This document shows, one piece after another, positions 15,025 through 28,607 of a DNA stretch of 64,000 bases (position 1 is the first letter of the stretch; each line of letters starts with the position of its first letter). Below the pieces are notes generated by a model. It was not told the DNA's origin. It searched no databases and saw only the letters and a program-made list of their open reading frames with translations. The position numbers and the translations under genes are program-made. Origin of the DNA: Bispira polyomma (Eukaryota); assembly GCA_965649765.1 (NCBI GenBank), contig OZ287748.1:43586001-43650000 (forward strand). Reading direction: 5' to 3'.

Positions 15025-18000
15025 CATGTGATGAATCCTACTGCCACTTTGAAACAACATACACCGAGGACGGAGGATGGACATATAAAGTCATGGCATG
15101 TTCTTCTGCATCATATGTAATAGAGATTCACACAGTTTTAGACCATTGTGCCTCTTTATATCGTGATGTTACATCTTACCAATTAAACAGTGTTAAAAGG
15201 TTGTGTAATACACATAACAGATGTGATATTTCTGATGATGGCACTACCGATGTATTAAGAAGTAGTTGCAAGGATAATGACCAGAATATCCGTATACAGT
15301 ATGCATGTAAGCCAGGTGAGTAGCAACATTAATTTTTCATTTTTTCACTTTTGTAGATTATGCATGGGCAGAAGCACTATATTTTGGAACATGAAAATGA
15401 TTAAATTATTCTACTATAATGCTACATATATTGCTGTGATGTTTTGGGTAAATAAGTATCGGCAGGAATATTGTCTAATCGATGTTTGAACTCACCCCTA
15501 AAATCTAAACCAAATTCACGTGACTATTTTTTATATTAAATCAAGAAACACTTTTTATTTAATTGCTGTTGTCTATTATCTAAACATATAGATCTATCAG
15601 TGACATTTTAATGAATAAACAAAATATTAATGATGATCTAAACACATTCCAAACTGCAAGTAAAATGCTTTATGTCTAAAAGTGTTACAGAAGTTGCTAT
15701 ATCTTATAAATTATTTTGATTCATTTGATTTTAGACGCAATGCCAACTTATCTAGTTAAAAATGGCATTTACATTTTATTTTGAGCCATGACTAAACAGT
15801 GTATTATAATTCTATAGACAAATTACAGTACAGTTTAAGCTTTGAAGTACCTTCCAATGTATTTTTCGCAACCTTTATCTTTGTACATATTATGGTATCT
15901 TACAGTTTGCAATATAAACCACAAAATTCGTTGTTGAGGTTTGAACTGTCAAAATCGTTTTGATCTCAGCGTTACAAGATAACTTTTCTTAATTTTCATA
16001 TCCCATGGAAACAATTTTCGTAATAGCCTTGAACAATCGGTAGAACAGACCTTTTTCCAAAATTGTGTAATATGTACATTTGTATTTGTAAATTATCTTC
16101 TCACTGCTGAGATAAATATAACGTGTTGTTTGTTCAAAGTTATAAATATGTGTAGAATACAAGATATGTCATGATAGATGTAGTTGAAAATGCACTCTAT
16201 TGCATCTCATTCTACTTGGGTAAATGTGGAGGTCAAAAGAAAAGGCCAATGTGGCCAATGTGATGAAGTCTAATAATAAAGTAAACGTTTGAGATATTTA
16301 TTTTTCTATACATGTTTGTAGAAAGTATGTACAGGTAGGGATAAAAACAAGCAATTTTAAAATATAATAAATTTTAAAACATCCATCACACAAGTGATTA
16401 TAAAATAACACAAAGAGGAAAAAACTTCAGAAAATATTACAGCATATTGGTTACCCCATTATCTGAAGACCCTACACAACTAAAAGGCAAATAACAAATT
16501 ATAACAATAATAGCCCACTAAGCCATATTGCAAGCAACTACAAGACAACATCACATATCATATTATTTACATTTTGGGTCATGTTCTCCATGCAATGAGT
16601 ATATGTAATATCTCTATTCTATTGAAGTTGTCAACAGTGTACATCAGTTAGTTTCTCCATGTTGCATCACAGCATGTCCTATGACAAGGTTAAGCTTTTG
16701 GAGGGAATGCCTGTAATTGGCTGTGGTATACAAATTTTAGTAAGTGTCCCATTCACTAGGGGTTAAGGTAGGATATAACATTAAATTTGGCTTTCCTTTG
16801 TCATTGCAAAAGCATGACAGTTTACAGGTTGAGGAAACAATTAACCATCATTCAGCACTTCAGCATAAGGTAGCAATTGAGAAATATATTTATAAGGAAC
16901 AACAATGTGGGGCAATGTCATTTCCCCTGCTGGTGGACATTTGAAGTAATGGTCTATCGAGTCCATTTCCAATCCCACAGTGTGTAAAAACCTGAGACAT
17001 CAGTCTCGTTACATCGAATGAATACAACAGATAAACTCTTATCCCTTACTGGGATATAGTAGCACCAATTGGTGACAGAAGTACTAATATTCAAGTTGGA
17101 CCCACATGGGCCACCATAACAGGTGTTATTTCTACACATTTTATAACCTTTCACATCATTTTGTTATCATTGACATAATCATTAACTTCACCAGTATTGA
17201 CACAAGTATTCATAATGATACAATTACTCGAGTCCGCTTAATATGGAAATAACCCAGCAGCAAACTATTGCCTTGCCCTATCTCCTTTTAGGTGTTTTTG
17301 TCACCCACAAATTGACTAGCGTTATCCATTCTGAACTCGGTACTTCTGGTAGTTTTCAGTACCTCTTTGGCAACTAGTAACCCAGTTACCCTTAATGACG
17401 TTGTTATACCCGTGAAGTTCGGTTTCTGTGCTCAGTGATACCACGGAATGAAAATTTGATTTGTAACATTTGAATTCTGGTTGGTAAACGTCTTTGTACA
17501 ACACAGTAGAAAAATACCAACAAACATGCTTGTATTGGCTATGATCTTTTTTATGAGAACATTTTCCAGAGTTATAAAGCTTACAGATGATCTTCGTTGC
17601 CCCACCGTGACTGGAGGTAAAACTGCTACCTCTAGAGTTAACTATTGCTAATTGTGACGCGCTAAGGCGGTTAAGCACCCATTGAGTAGTGTGATTCCAT
17701 GACAACCTTTCCTCTTCTACTTCCGTCATTTTGGTAGCCCATGACGTGCTTATGACCTGCCAGGGCAATGAGGATGCATGCCGAAGTGATAACACTACTT
17801 GTTGGATCATCTTCTAGAAATCGTGGGGTCTGTTACCTGAAGCGTGTTGGATAATTGTCCAGTAGCCCATTAGTGTAGTAATAGCTCATCGAAAAGAGGC
17901 CGTTTGCATGCTGATCCACCCATCCACCCCTCGTTTGCCCATTTAAGGTTCGGATTACTTGTCAGAATGTCAGTAGTATTGAAATGTCAAGACTTTTCTC

Positions 18001-21000
18001 GGAGAGTACCAGGTATAGGTAGAGCGTGAAAAGCAGTGAAGCTGGCTGTTGAAGGGGCCCCAATGGTGACACACTCGGGAGCCGAATCAGGATGGCCAGT
18101 TATTAACTGCAGTGGAGTTGTAATGATGTCCCCTAGTGGAACCTGAGAGCTGACATACAGCTGAACCAGGGTCTGAGATGCGGACAGAGTACTGTGGCCC
18201 CTAGCTTCTACATGGGCCAGTCGCTGACCTTGAGCCTTGTTCAACGACTCAAGCCGTTTAAGTAATAAATTAATTTCCATTGAGTGGTATCTGGAGAGGC
18301 ATACTGTGAAGCTGCCCTGTCGAATAGGCCACTAATGTCTGTTACAATGCTGTCAGTTACTAGTATACTCTTACCAACCCTCTTGGCTGTACTCTTTCTT
18401 GTGATCAGTTTCTTTGCTTTGCCATCAGTTGCTGGAGTTTTTGTTGTTATAGTTTTCCCCATTATACCACGAATTTAAAAACACGTAAAATATATCATAT
18501 GATTAAAACAAGCTAATATATAAAAAACTAAAATACTAAAACCAATAGGAGCTAACAGAGCCTTTAATTACTTGGCAAAATCTACGTGTTTCCTAGTTGG
18601 TCTCCTTTTTAAAATGGAAGAGCATGTCCTATGACAAGGTTAAGCTTTGGGGGGGGGGGGGGGGGGGAATGCCTTTGATTGGTTGTGGTATACAAATATT
18701 AGTGAGTGTCCCATTCACTAAGGGTTAAGGTAGGATATAGCATTTTACTAGGTTTTGAACTGAACTAGCAGACCCCTATTGGGTCGTGCTATGCATTATA
18801 TATCATATGTGCATGTATATATTTGCTATGTATTATTTACTCTTTCAGCATATTTAGTCCAAATCGTTTTATCCATTTTATTTCCAAATCTTCAATACTA
18901 AGGATGTCTTCAGGATTCAATTATTCAATTAATTAATATAATTAGAATTCACAACATGTCCATTTCTACAAAGAATGTATTGTAATTCCGAGCATGGGAA
19001 CACAGAAAGAGCGATTAGAACTTTTTAGCCAGTGCTACCAGAATTAGTTATGACCATTAGACACAAGGACCGAATCTCCATGTATGTTTATATTATGCTC
19101 ATATATATATTTTGTATTATTATTATTATATTCTGTCAGCATATTTGTTTAATGTATTATTATACATTTTATTTCAGAGTCAGAGCTACTGAGGATGTGT
19201 TCAGCATTCACTATTTCTTCTGCTAGATCAATTAACCTATATTATCCCAATTCAAACCTCCACTTTTATAAATACAGGCAAAGACAATGTGAATGTTTTG
19301 TAATTCCTGGGATGCAAAGACTGCAAGTTAAATTGGAACAACTTTTATTAGCCAACACTGATAATATAGGCTTTAGAAATGACCACATTGTATATGAGAC
19401 ACTAGGATTCACCGGCTATTTTGGGCGCAATAAAACAAAATGGGAGAAGGAATATAATAAAATGACAACCCAAGCCACCAATAATATAATAATATTAGTT
19501 GAAAATATGATAAATGTGTCCATAACATTTACAAAGATTGGATTTTCATTAAATGGATCATTTCATCTTACTTTGAAAGGTAATAACCTTCATATTTTGT
19601 AAAGTGTTCACAAATATGTTTTGTATCAGGGACAGTTGTAGTACTTATGACAATGAATAATCTATTTTATGGTAAATTTGAATATACTAGCCTACACAAT
19701 TGTTTATAAAATTAGAGCTTTGGTACTATGTACCTGTATAATGGTTTTCGATGGTGCTTTGACATATAATAATTTATGTGGGTCTTGGGGTACATTTGTC
19801 ATCATGTCAAAGTAATATTTACATTTTCACTGGAATTTTGATTACAATAATTAGACAGTACTATGTTTTGATAATTTACCAGGTGATGGTACTCTAAACC
19901 TCACTTGCTACAATGTATCAACAAGTGCACAAGACTACACCAGTGTTAACAGTGAAACCACCCCATTCACAAGCAAAAATGATGAAGACAACACACCAAC
20001 ACGTGAGTCATCCACACACACAAATGCAACTATATATGACTATATCACTGTGTCAGTGCCTCACAGAGAAACTACACAAACTAGTTTTAGACTACCAATA
20101 CCTACAGCATCAGTACCACTCTCTACCCCAAAATTGACAAATTCAGCCTCGTTAGAAGGCACATTGTTAGATTTAGTGCTATCCTTAGGGTACTCTATAC
20201 AACATTTCAGCATAATACTTCTGTACATTAACATTGCATTGCTCACTAGATTTCAGATTATAATGATTAGACACTGCAGTAAAATTTGTAGTAGTGTTCA
20301 CTCTCTAAGGATGACCACTCACACGTTACAACTATTATGGAACAACCCATGATTTTTGCATTGTAATAGCCCTTAAAAACCTACCTCTCATGTGTCCCAA
20401 CCAACCGCCGCCATTATGTGCTCCTATGGCCATAAGGTAACTTGTAAAGATATGACTATTGAAGTATATTCAGTGAGCTGTAATCTAATAGAAGCACTTC
20501 ATAGTGTTTCAAAACACAAAATATTACAAACAATGCAATTCTTACAGACTACAATGTATTGTATTTGATAGAATATAGAATTAAATATCTTTGGGATTAT
20601 ACTCCAGTGCCTTCTATAATATATATTTATTTGCTTATTCAGTTTTGATAATACCAACATCTACAGGAACGATATCTCCCACTACCCAAATCTCGACACA
20701 TTCAACCTTGTTAGAAGGCACATTAGGATATTCAACTGAAGTTTCTTTAAAGATGGATTCCACTGTGAACCATGATTATGACTTTACCTCACTAAAAGGT
20801 GCTATGTCAGATTCACCAGAAAACAACCAATCCTCCAAGACATTGACAGGTATGTAACATAACATCAATAGGTATAGATAATTAATTCACAGATAAACAA
20901 GTGTGCTATCTTGACACACCACTCCAACCATGTTTTTCTCCACTGCTGATATTTCAGTGTTCAATACAGAGAATACAGTAAGTAGTCTTACGGATCATTG

Positions 21001-22012
21001 TTAGAGGTGTTTGTATCATTAGTTTTGTTTAACTTTATTAATTTTACTTATTCAATTTAACTCATGTTTTCATATTTGTGTTTAGTTAAATACATATGTA
21101 CGATATATTCAACATAATTAGAAGGTACACACGTTTATTCAAGTGATACTACATCTATGAATGGTTTTTCAAATTGATTTAACTTGTGTTTTAACAGTTG
21201 TATTTAGTTGAATACATTTTATATAGTGAAGGTTAGAAACCTTTCTGTCACATTTTTCAAAATAAACATATATTATGATTAATTTATAAAACCCTGAAGT
21301 TTCAATGCATATATTATAAATATATCGTTTTAGTAGAGGACAGTCTGATAGGTGAAACACTATTATTTAATGTAATATGCAATATTGTTTAGGTGTTATA
21401 GCTGGTGTTGTATGCTGTGTGATACTGTTGCTGATATGTTTTGCAACTGGAGCAGTCTGCTGGTACCAAAGGTATGTTTCTTAGAGCTCAGTTGTTCATT
21501 TAAGATATAAAGGAAAATAGCTCATTCTTTCAAAGTATAACTTGTTAGTTTTTAGAACACAAGTTTCTTCATATTCACTCTTAATAGAAAATTCGGCTAT
21601 TTTAGTTTTGTTTGTATCTTTTCTTAGGAAATTGGTTTTGATAATATTTTGTTCTTTTAGACGTCAAAAAAAGAATAGCCAACAAGAACATGCATATGAA
21701 AACACATCTGCTCCAAGCATTGAGGTGACCTGTCTTGATACAAGTGGAATTGCAGATATAACATCAACATACATTGACAGACCAAATAAGACTGCAAAAT
21801 TTAATAAGGATGGAGAGTATGAGGATGTTTGGATACATCATGGCGAGGAAGCGGAAAACACCAGAAATGGGAATGCTCTGGAATATAATGCTGCAGAATC
21901 AGTTGTAAGGGACATTAAAGGTCACTATGCTCCTCTAACAACATATGAAAATATACCAAGAAATACACAAGATAACATGTTAACCAGTGAGTATCAAATG
22001 TTAAATAAATAG
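15025..22012 (+). CDS. Receptor gene 2: SUEL(Gal/Rha-lectin)-like + CUB-like + mucin stalk + TM + tail with ITSM/ITIM-like motifs (signal exon not identified)
   Basis: Exons 15025-15315 (C..I.I..C..V..LCN..RC..C..I.IQYAC), 19178-19579, 19883-~20158 (donor uncertain), 20643-20849, 21393-21471 (TM: GVIAGVVCCVILLLICFATGAVCWYQR) and 21661-22012 (TTYENI, SEYQML). Splice phases are 1/1/1/1/2, compatible with gene 1. Domain names come from pattern recognition only. Confidence 0.8.
16671..18744 (-). mobile_element. Ngaro/PAT-like remnant C in an intron of receptor gene 2, with ~120-bp direct repeats
   Basis: Gag 17322-18462 (MGKTITTKT; SLRHASSLPW; CKLYNSGKCSH..HVC). Direct repeats 16671-16792 and 18621-18744. 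An inverted RT-side fragment lies at about 16790-16944. Confidence 0.8.
18838..19069 (+). pseudogene. Degenerate duplicate (pseudo-exon) of the CUB-like exon
   Basis: Aligns by eye to about 107-366 of gene 1 (tctttcagcatat..atactaaggatgt..catttctacaaagaatgtattgtaattcc..atgaccat). The acceptor CAG is changed to CAA and there are indels. Confidence 0.75.
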
Positions 22013-24249
22013 GGATTAAAGCCATTTCTGACAGTTAACTCACTTTTGACTGAGACAACTCACAATCAAAACAGCTAATGGGCAATCAGCAATCAATTAA
22101 GGCTGTACTACATAAATCATAGGTCCCGGTTCGTTTTTGTTTTAAAATTTGTTCACATTTAAAGAAAAGTGGATTCCCTAACATCAATGTTCATATTCTG
22201 TAAATGGTGCAAATGGTGCACACGACAATCATTTCAAATGTATTTATTTTGGAACTGATATTTGATCATGACCTAGGGATCATCACCAGATGTAATTTGA
22301 AGTAACATAATTCCTTTTAGAATGCAGAGAGTATTCAAATCCTGTTGTCAAACAGAAATAACTGAATAGTGATATCAAGGGGATACACATGATGGTTTGT
22401 ATACCTAAAATCCACAAATTCACACAAGAACATGTTTTAACTATTCCAACTATTTCATTATGATTATTTGGGTAGACGTTTGCTTTATTTTGGTACATAA
22501 GTTATGCATATACATTATTTAACCTTTAATTTTACAACATATACAGAACATCAGTCCAGAAAAACTCATGGTGATGATATTGTTTACTAATTCATACTGA
22601 TATAGAGCGATAGCTACATAAGTTTGACATATATATTATTTAACCTTTAATTTATTTTCTAACGATAGCTTTACTATTTATACTAAAATAAAATCTTATC
22701 TGATAAGGCTCCCGTTATTAGAGCACTTACCTAGAGCAAGGTCTTATTAACCTACCTGAATTTTTCTGACTTAATTGTCTGACTTTACTTAGTTGGAACC
22801 ATTACATGAATTTCCCATCTTCTCATATGTTATAGTACAACCAATCTAGGGGTCATCTTCCTCATGTCCTACTGTCTCTCTACCATAAAATCCATTTTAT
22901 TGATCCCTCTTTGACCTTCTGTCTATCATTAATATCCATCAGCTTTAGCCCCTCCATCCTTTATATTCCATATTTGTCCTCAGAATGTATCACCATATTG
23001 AATCTAGTCATTCACCTGTAATCAAGGACACGATTCTCAACCTCCACCTGCACCAGTTTCATTAATGGCTATATTCTTACTATCATTACTGTGCCATGCT
23101 TGGGTGTTCTTGGTAAAGTTTTTTCTGCTATTCTTAATGTTTGTGATATAGATATACTAGCAGGGCTAAACTGACTAATCCTACTACTTTAAACCCTGTA
23201 CATATCGTGGGTATATTTAAAAATTTAAATTCTTTAAATTTTGAAACTATTTTTTTACTTATACATGTAAAAAGTGTCTTGTTTTACTAAATGTGTGCAG
23301 AATAAATCCTCTAACTAATTATTTTCTTGTGTTCAACTAAATAAAACCTCATGTGGCAACGCTCTAGTAATTCGATGACTTACCCCACAATTCTTATCTT
23401 ACTTTTGCCTTCACATCATCGTTCCTTAGTTTACTATATTATTTCACATACCATTAGCAAGGTATTATCAACGTACTGGTATTTAAATTCATCTCACCTC
23501 TGACTTTACTTAATTTGACATTTGGACCACCCCCTGAAGTTCTCACATTTAAAGGACATAAACTGAAATAGAAAGGTAAAATTTAAAATCCTGTTCCTCA
23601 AGAAAGTGCAATCTTGTGATGTAGCTTCGTGAACAAGGCACGCATCTGTACATTTTCTGCATTCACTAATTTTATTACATATCCTTAACTATAATCATTT
23701 TGTTTATCTGTCTTTGTAAAATGAACTTGAAGTTCATGCAACCCAATTATATTGATTCCATGATTTTTAAACGGGGAATTGTGTTACTCTAATGTTCCTC
23801 TTCTAAGCACTAACTTCTAGCCATATTTGCTCAAATTCATACTCACTAAAAGGGAAAAGACTGCCTTGAATTTAGATGCCTCAAGTCCTTGCTTTAAGTC
23901 CGTGTCCAGTTATTATACACTCTATAAATTTAAAGACTTGGGTAAGTACACATTTAACTCATTGCACACATAAAAAAGTCCTAATTCTAACTTATTATTT
24001 TGTTATATTGAAATTACATATTTCATTTGGTTGTTTATTCCATACGTATATCTACATATCGTTAACAAATGGTTACCACAATTGACAACAATCTGCGATG
24101 GTGGTCTGGTGGGCATGTACTTGTACTCTATGACAGTCAAGAAAAGGTGTCTTGGAGTTTTGAACACCAGATAAGGGTACAATTATAATATAACTGGCTT
24201 ATAGATGACCTATAGCAATCTTATACCCAAACTGATTTATTGCTGTAAA

Positions 24250-24987
24250 TGTCACAATTTGTCTACAATATAGTACTTAATCCTCATATGCCCTATTATG
24301 TACCCATTCAGAACACAAAATGAGTGAAGGTGGAATGCAGCTCTACACATACTTACACTTCCATTATGTGATGTATTACTAACATTGTAATTTTAAATCC
24401 ATCTAGCTGCTACTTTAAAGGAATACATTATCATTAGTTGAAAGCATATAAACATTTATAATTCAATTTACATAAGAAAACACACAGACATTTTACACAG
24501 GTACATATTAACTATTTCTGCTGATAAAGTTAAATAGTGAAAAATAATCTTGTTCATCATAAGCTATTCTGTTTACTAAGCTATACAGTAAAATAAGGAT
24601 CAAAAGTAAAAATAAAGTTGTCACAATTTGTCTACAATATAGTACTTAATCCTCATATGCCCTATTATGTACCCATTCAGAACACAAAATGAGTGAAGGT
24701 GGAATGCAGCTCTACACATACTTACACTTCCATTATGTGATGTATTACTAACATTGTAATTTTAAATCCATCTAGCTGCTACTTTAAAGGAATACATTAT
24801 CATTAGTTGAAAGCATATAAACATTTATAATTCAATTTACATAAGAAAACACACAGACATTTTACACAGGTACATATTAACTATTTCTGCTGATAAAGTT
24901 AAATAGTGAAAAATAATCTTGTTCATCATAAGCTATTCTGTTTACTAAGCTATACAGTAAAATAAGGATCAAAAGTAAAAACAAAGT
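24250..24987. repeat. Near-perfect tandem duplication, 369-bp unit
   Basis: 24250-24618 and 24619-24987 are nearly identical (one visible mismatch near the unit end). Confidence 0.95.
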
Positions 24988-26429
24988 TGTTGATCAGTGA
25001 TGTTGTATTCCGGATAACACTTTACTTACATATACGTATGCATTTAATCATTAAAGACATTTTAAATTCCAGTCGCTTAGTTTTATATCTTCTGTCATCT
25101 AGTGCCTGCTCTGGGTCTGGAGCCCAGACACCGTGTGGAGAGCTCTGTCTCTTGTACCCAGGAATAGGAGCTCTGGGAGGGAGAACCCCCTGCAGGCACA
25201 AAATATCTTATTACTGATTTAGGGATTTTTGTTGTAACCTCAACCAACCAGATTTAAATCGAAATGAACCCTCTTTGAACAATTACCTCCACTGCAGGAG
25301 GTAATGTGCACATCAAAACTCAATAGGGGTCTAATAGTTCAGTTTCTAATAACCTCCCTTTTATTTTAACCCTAGCTTAATTAAGCTAGGTATACTCTCC
25401 TAGCTCCCTTCTCTCTCTCTCTCATTATAGAAGCCAATTAGAGGGCTCCCCTGTTTTACTTAATTGCTTCCCTGCTTATTTCCATCATACTGAATTAAGT
25501 TATTCAGCGGTAAACAACAAGCAATTTTTAACATTGGAATTTAGTTGGGAGTATTTTATAGTGTGTATTTACCCAACTTCTTAAGTTACAAGTTGGACTT
25601 GCTTACAAGCCTTTACTGTTAGTGAAACACTGAAGGACTGCATTTTACAAGTTCCAATTTTGTTCAAAAGGAGTCTGCACTAGTGTTTTTATAACTGCCA
25701 GCTTCTTCATTTCATCCTAAAAATAACTACTTGTGTCAGCCAGGGGCCAGCAATTAATTTTACAGCAGAAGTAGAGTTCATCTTTTCAATACTGCTGCTT
25801 TAACATAAACACACCTGCTCATGCTGTGTGTGTGGAGTTATACTGCTGCTCCACTAAAAAAAACACTATTTACCAGTGAATGCCCTTGTGTGTAGATATA
25901 GTGTGTGTGTATACAGTAGAATTTATATAGGCCAGCTGAGTTGTACCTATTTACATTTTTTAATCATTCAGAAACAATGTTAAAATTCTATGTAGAGTGG
26001 GCTTTGGTAGAAGCATACAACATGATTGTTTGACTTATTAAAATTGTTGTTTGAGTTAATAAAATTGTAATACACCTATACCATCAGCATACTTGTCTAA
26101 GCATTTTCTGATTTATTTGACTTTCTCATTTCCTTACAAACTCAATCATGTATTTCTAACAATACTCACATGGAACATACAATAGTTTTTTAGTAATATC
26201 AGTTGTTTGTATTACTAAGAAATTGTTTATTTTATCTGTCACTTGCATGGATTAAAAACTGCTTCATTCAAAAAGGACCCATGAAAAATAGCAGGTAAAA
26301 TATCTTTTCAGTAAAGTCCTATAACATCTGTAGAATATGTTTATTTGTAGAAAAACAAAGATGTCAAAACTCGATGTAGATCTTTGAGCCTTATTTAAAA
26401 ACAAAGATTGAACTTATGCACAGGACCCA

Positions 26430-26598
26430 CTGTGATAATTTTGGCTGAGTGGTTAACAAGTTTGGCATCTAATCACAGGCTGTCACCCCTGTGTGTGTTC
26501 GCCTCCTACAAGGGACAAATGCTGTGGGCCTGTCCCAATATGACCCTGGCTGTTGAACAGGACTTAAACCCCTAAATTTTGACTTTTGACTTTTTTTT
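26430..26598 (+). mobile_element. tRNA-derived SINE
   Basis: A-box-like TGGCTGAGTGG, B-box-like GTTCGCCTCC, 3' GTTGAACAGGACTTAAACCCC and a short (TTTGAC)n tail. Confidence 0.65.
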
Positions 26599-26951
26599 AG
26601 TTAACGATTCCTCATGATTCTTCCATAACAAATTCCCTATCCATTAAAACGTATTATTTGACCCTCGCAGGAGAATTAATTCAGATTTGGAAAAACAATT
26701 TTATAAACTTTGTAATTCATACATAACAGTTTTTGAAAAAAAACACCAAAACATGGAATTTGTGGTTATTCTTTTGCCACCAAAAGCTTATTATGTAATA
26801 AGTTTTTTAACAAACTGGTAATCAGGTGTATTAAACAATAGGAAAATTAGTAGGGGGAGGGGTCATCCTATATCCTCCATCAAATTCCAACAGAAATTTT
26901 TAATAACAAGGTGCACCCAAACATGAATCACCCCAAACATATATATGTCAT

Positions 26952-28607
26952 GTGCTTTTAAACATGATATATTTTCTTCCATCAAACCCTCTAGTGTTTC
27001 AATGGTTAAAAGATTACCTAAAAAATAGGAAACAAAGAGTTGTGATTGGGGGTATGAGCTCAAATTATATTGACATTAATTGTGGGGTCCCACAGGGGTC
27101 TATCCTTGGTCCATTATTTATCTTAATTTATTTTAATGATATAGCTGATGATCTTGAGTTTAAAAGTTTTCTATATGCAGATGACACATCTTTGTATAGA
27201 CCACTATCAAGTCATGAATGTGATTTATTGCTCCTTAATAAAGACTTTGATTGTTTAAATAAATAGGCATAAAATGGTTAGTGAATTTTAACCCTCTTAA
27301 AACTAAATACATAATATTTTCAATGAAATTGATACCAACAGATAATCCTGACCTGTATTTGGGCGACAGTAAACTTAAAAAAGTAAGCTGTCTGACCCAT
27401 CTTAGAGTAACATTTAATTCTAAGATGACTTGAAACAATCATTTACAAAATATAGCAGATAAAGCACTCAAAATACTATCTCAGCTAAAGCGATTGTCAT
27501 TCAAGCTGCCCCGTTTAGCTAAAAAACAGATATATGTGAGTTATGCAAGACCTATATAAGAGTTTGGGGCAGAATTGTATGATAGTTGCTCTGTTGAACA
27601 ACAAAAGATGTTAGAATCAATACAACGGCAGTTTTGCTTTACAATTACTGGGGCCTATAAAGATACTAAACATAAATGTATTTTATCTGAATGTGGATTA
27701 TAACTGCTCAAGGACAGGCGTTTGATAAAAACATTTGTCCTAATGTATAAAATTCTAAATCATTATTCTCCAAAATATCTTTACAAGTTATGTCCCAAGG
27801 GTGGTGTGCATGGCTATAATCTGAAAAAAGTATTAATATTCAGCCAATTCTTTGTAAAAAAGACTATTACTACAAATTATTCTTTCCATCAGTTATAAGA
27901 CTTTGGAACCATCTTGACCCTGACTTTGGAACCATCTTGACCCTGACATGGAAGTGTCTTATCCCTTGTCTTATCACAGATTTTTAAGTCAAAGCTAATA
28001 TCAAACTAATAAGTAACATTTAATAAAGCAAATTTGTGGCACAGAGGTAAACCTGCAGTATACCACAGTAGGCTTCGAATGGGTCTCAGTGCTTTGAACT
28101 TTCACCGCAGATCATACAATTTCATAGAACACGATGCTCTGCATGTAACCTGGTCCAGAAACTGTGACACATTATTTCATAAAATGTCCTTCTTATGCTG
28201 CTAATAGAGATGAAATGCTACAGAGCATAAGTACTCAGACACCTGAAATGAGGCTACTTGGTAGTCCAAGTAAGTTATACCATATTTTACTGTTTGGCAC
28301 TGGTCTTTTTAAAATTGATAGAACACTATTTGACCTAGTACAGTTGTTTATTTCACACACCAAAAGGTTCACTATTAATTAGATTGTAATGTCACACATG
28401 TTACATGTCATCCTATCATTCATCTTTTGTACTATTTAATAACTTCCTGTTTTGCTAAATTATAACTCAAAAGTGTATAGTATTTCTTTTTGTACTATAT
28501 GTTGTTGTTTAACTGTGTAAAATGGTCTTTTTTTTTTTGGCAAGAACCCCAAGTGGCTTGTAGCTGTGGGTAATTGTCGTTAAATAAATTATGTTTAAAT
28601 TAAAAAA
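26952..28607 (+). mobile_element. 5'-truncated, degenerate CR1-group LINE (RT C-half + 3' UTR)
   Basis: GVPQGSILGPLF, FLYADD, FNPLKTK, C-terminal ETVTHYFIKCP. Multiple stops. 23-bp tandem duplication at 27899-27944. AATAAA/A-rich end. Confidence 0.85.

Noticed and set aside
24250-24987. CRISPR-like or satellite array
   Set aside because: Only two contiguous units and no spacers. No CRISPR or rRNA features were seen anywhere in the window.
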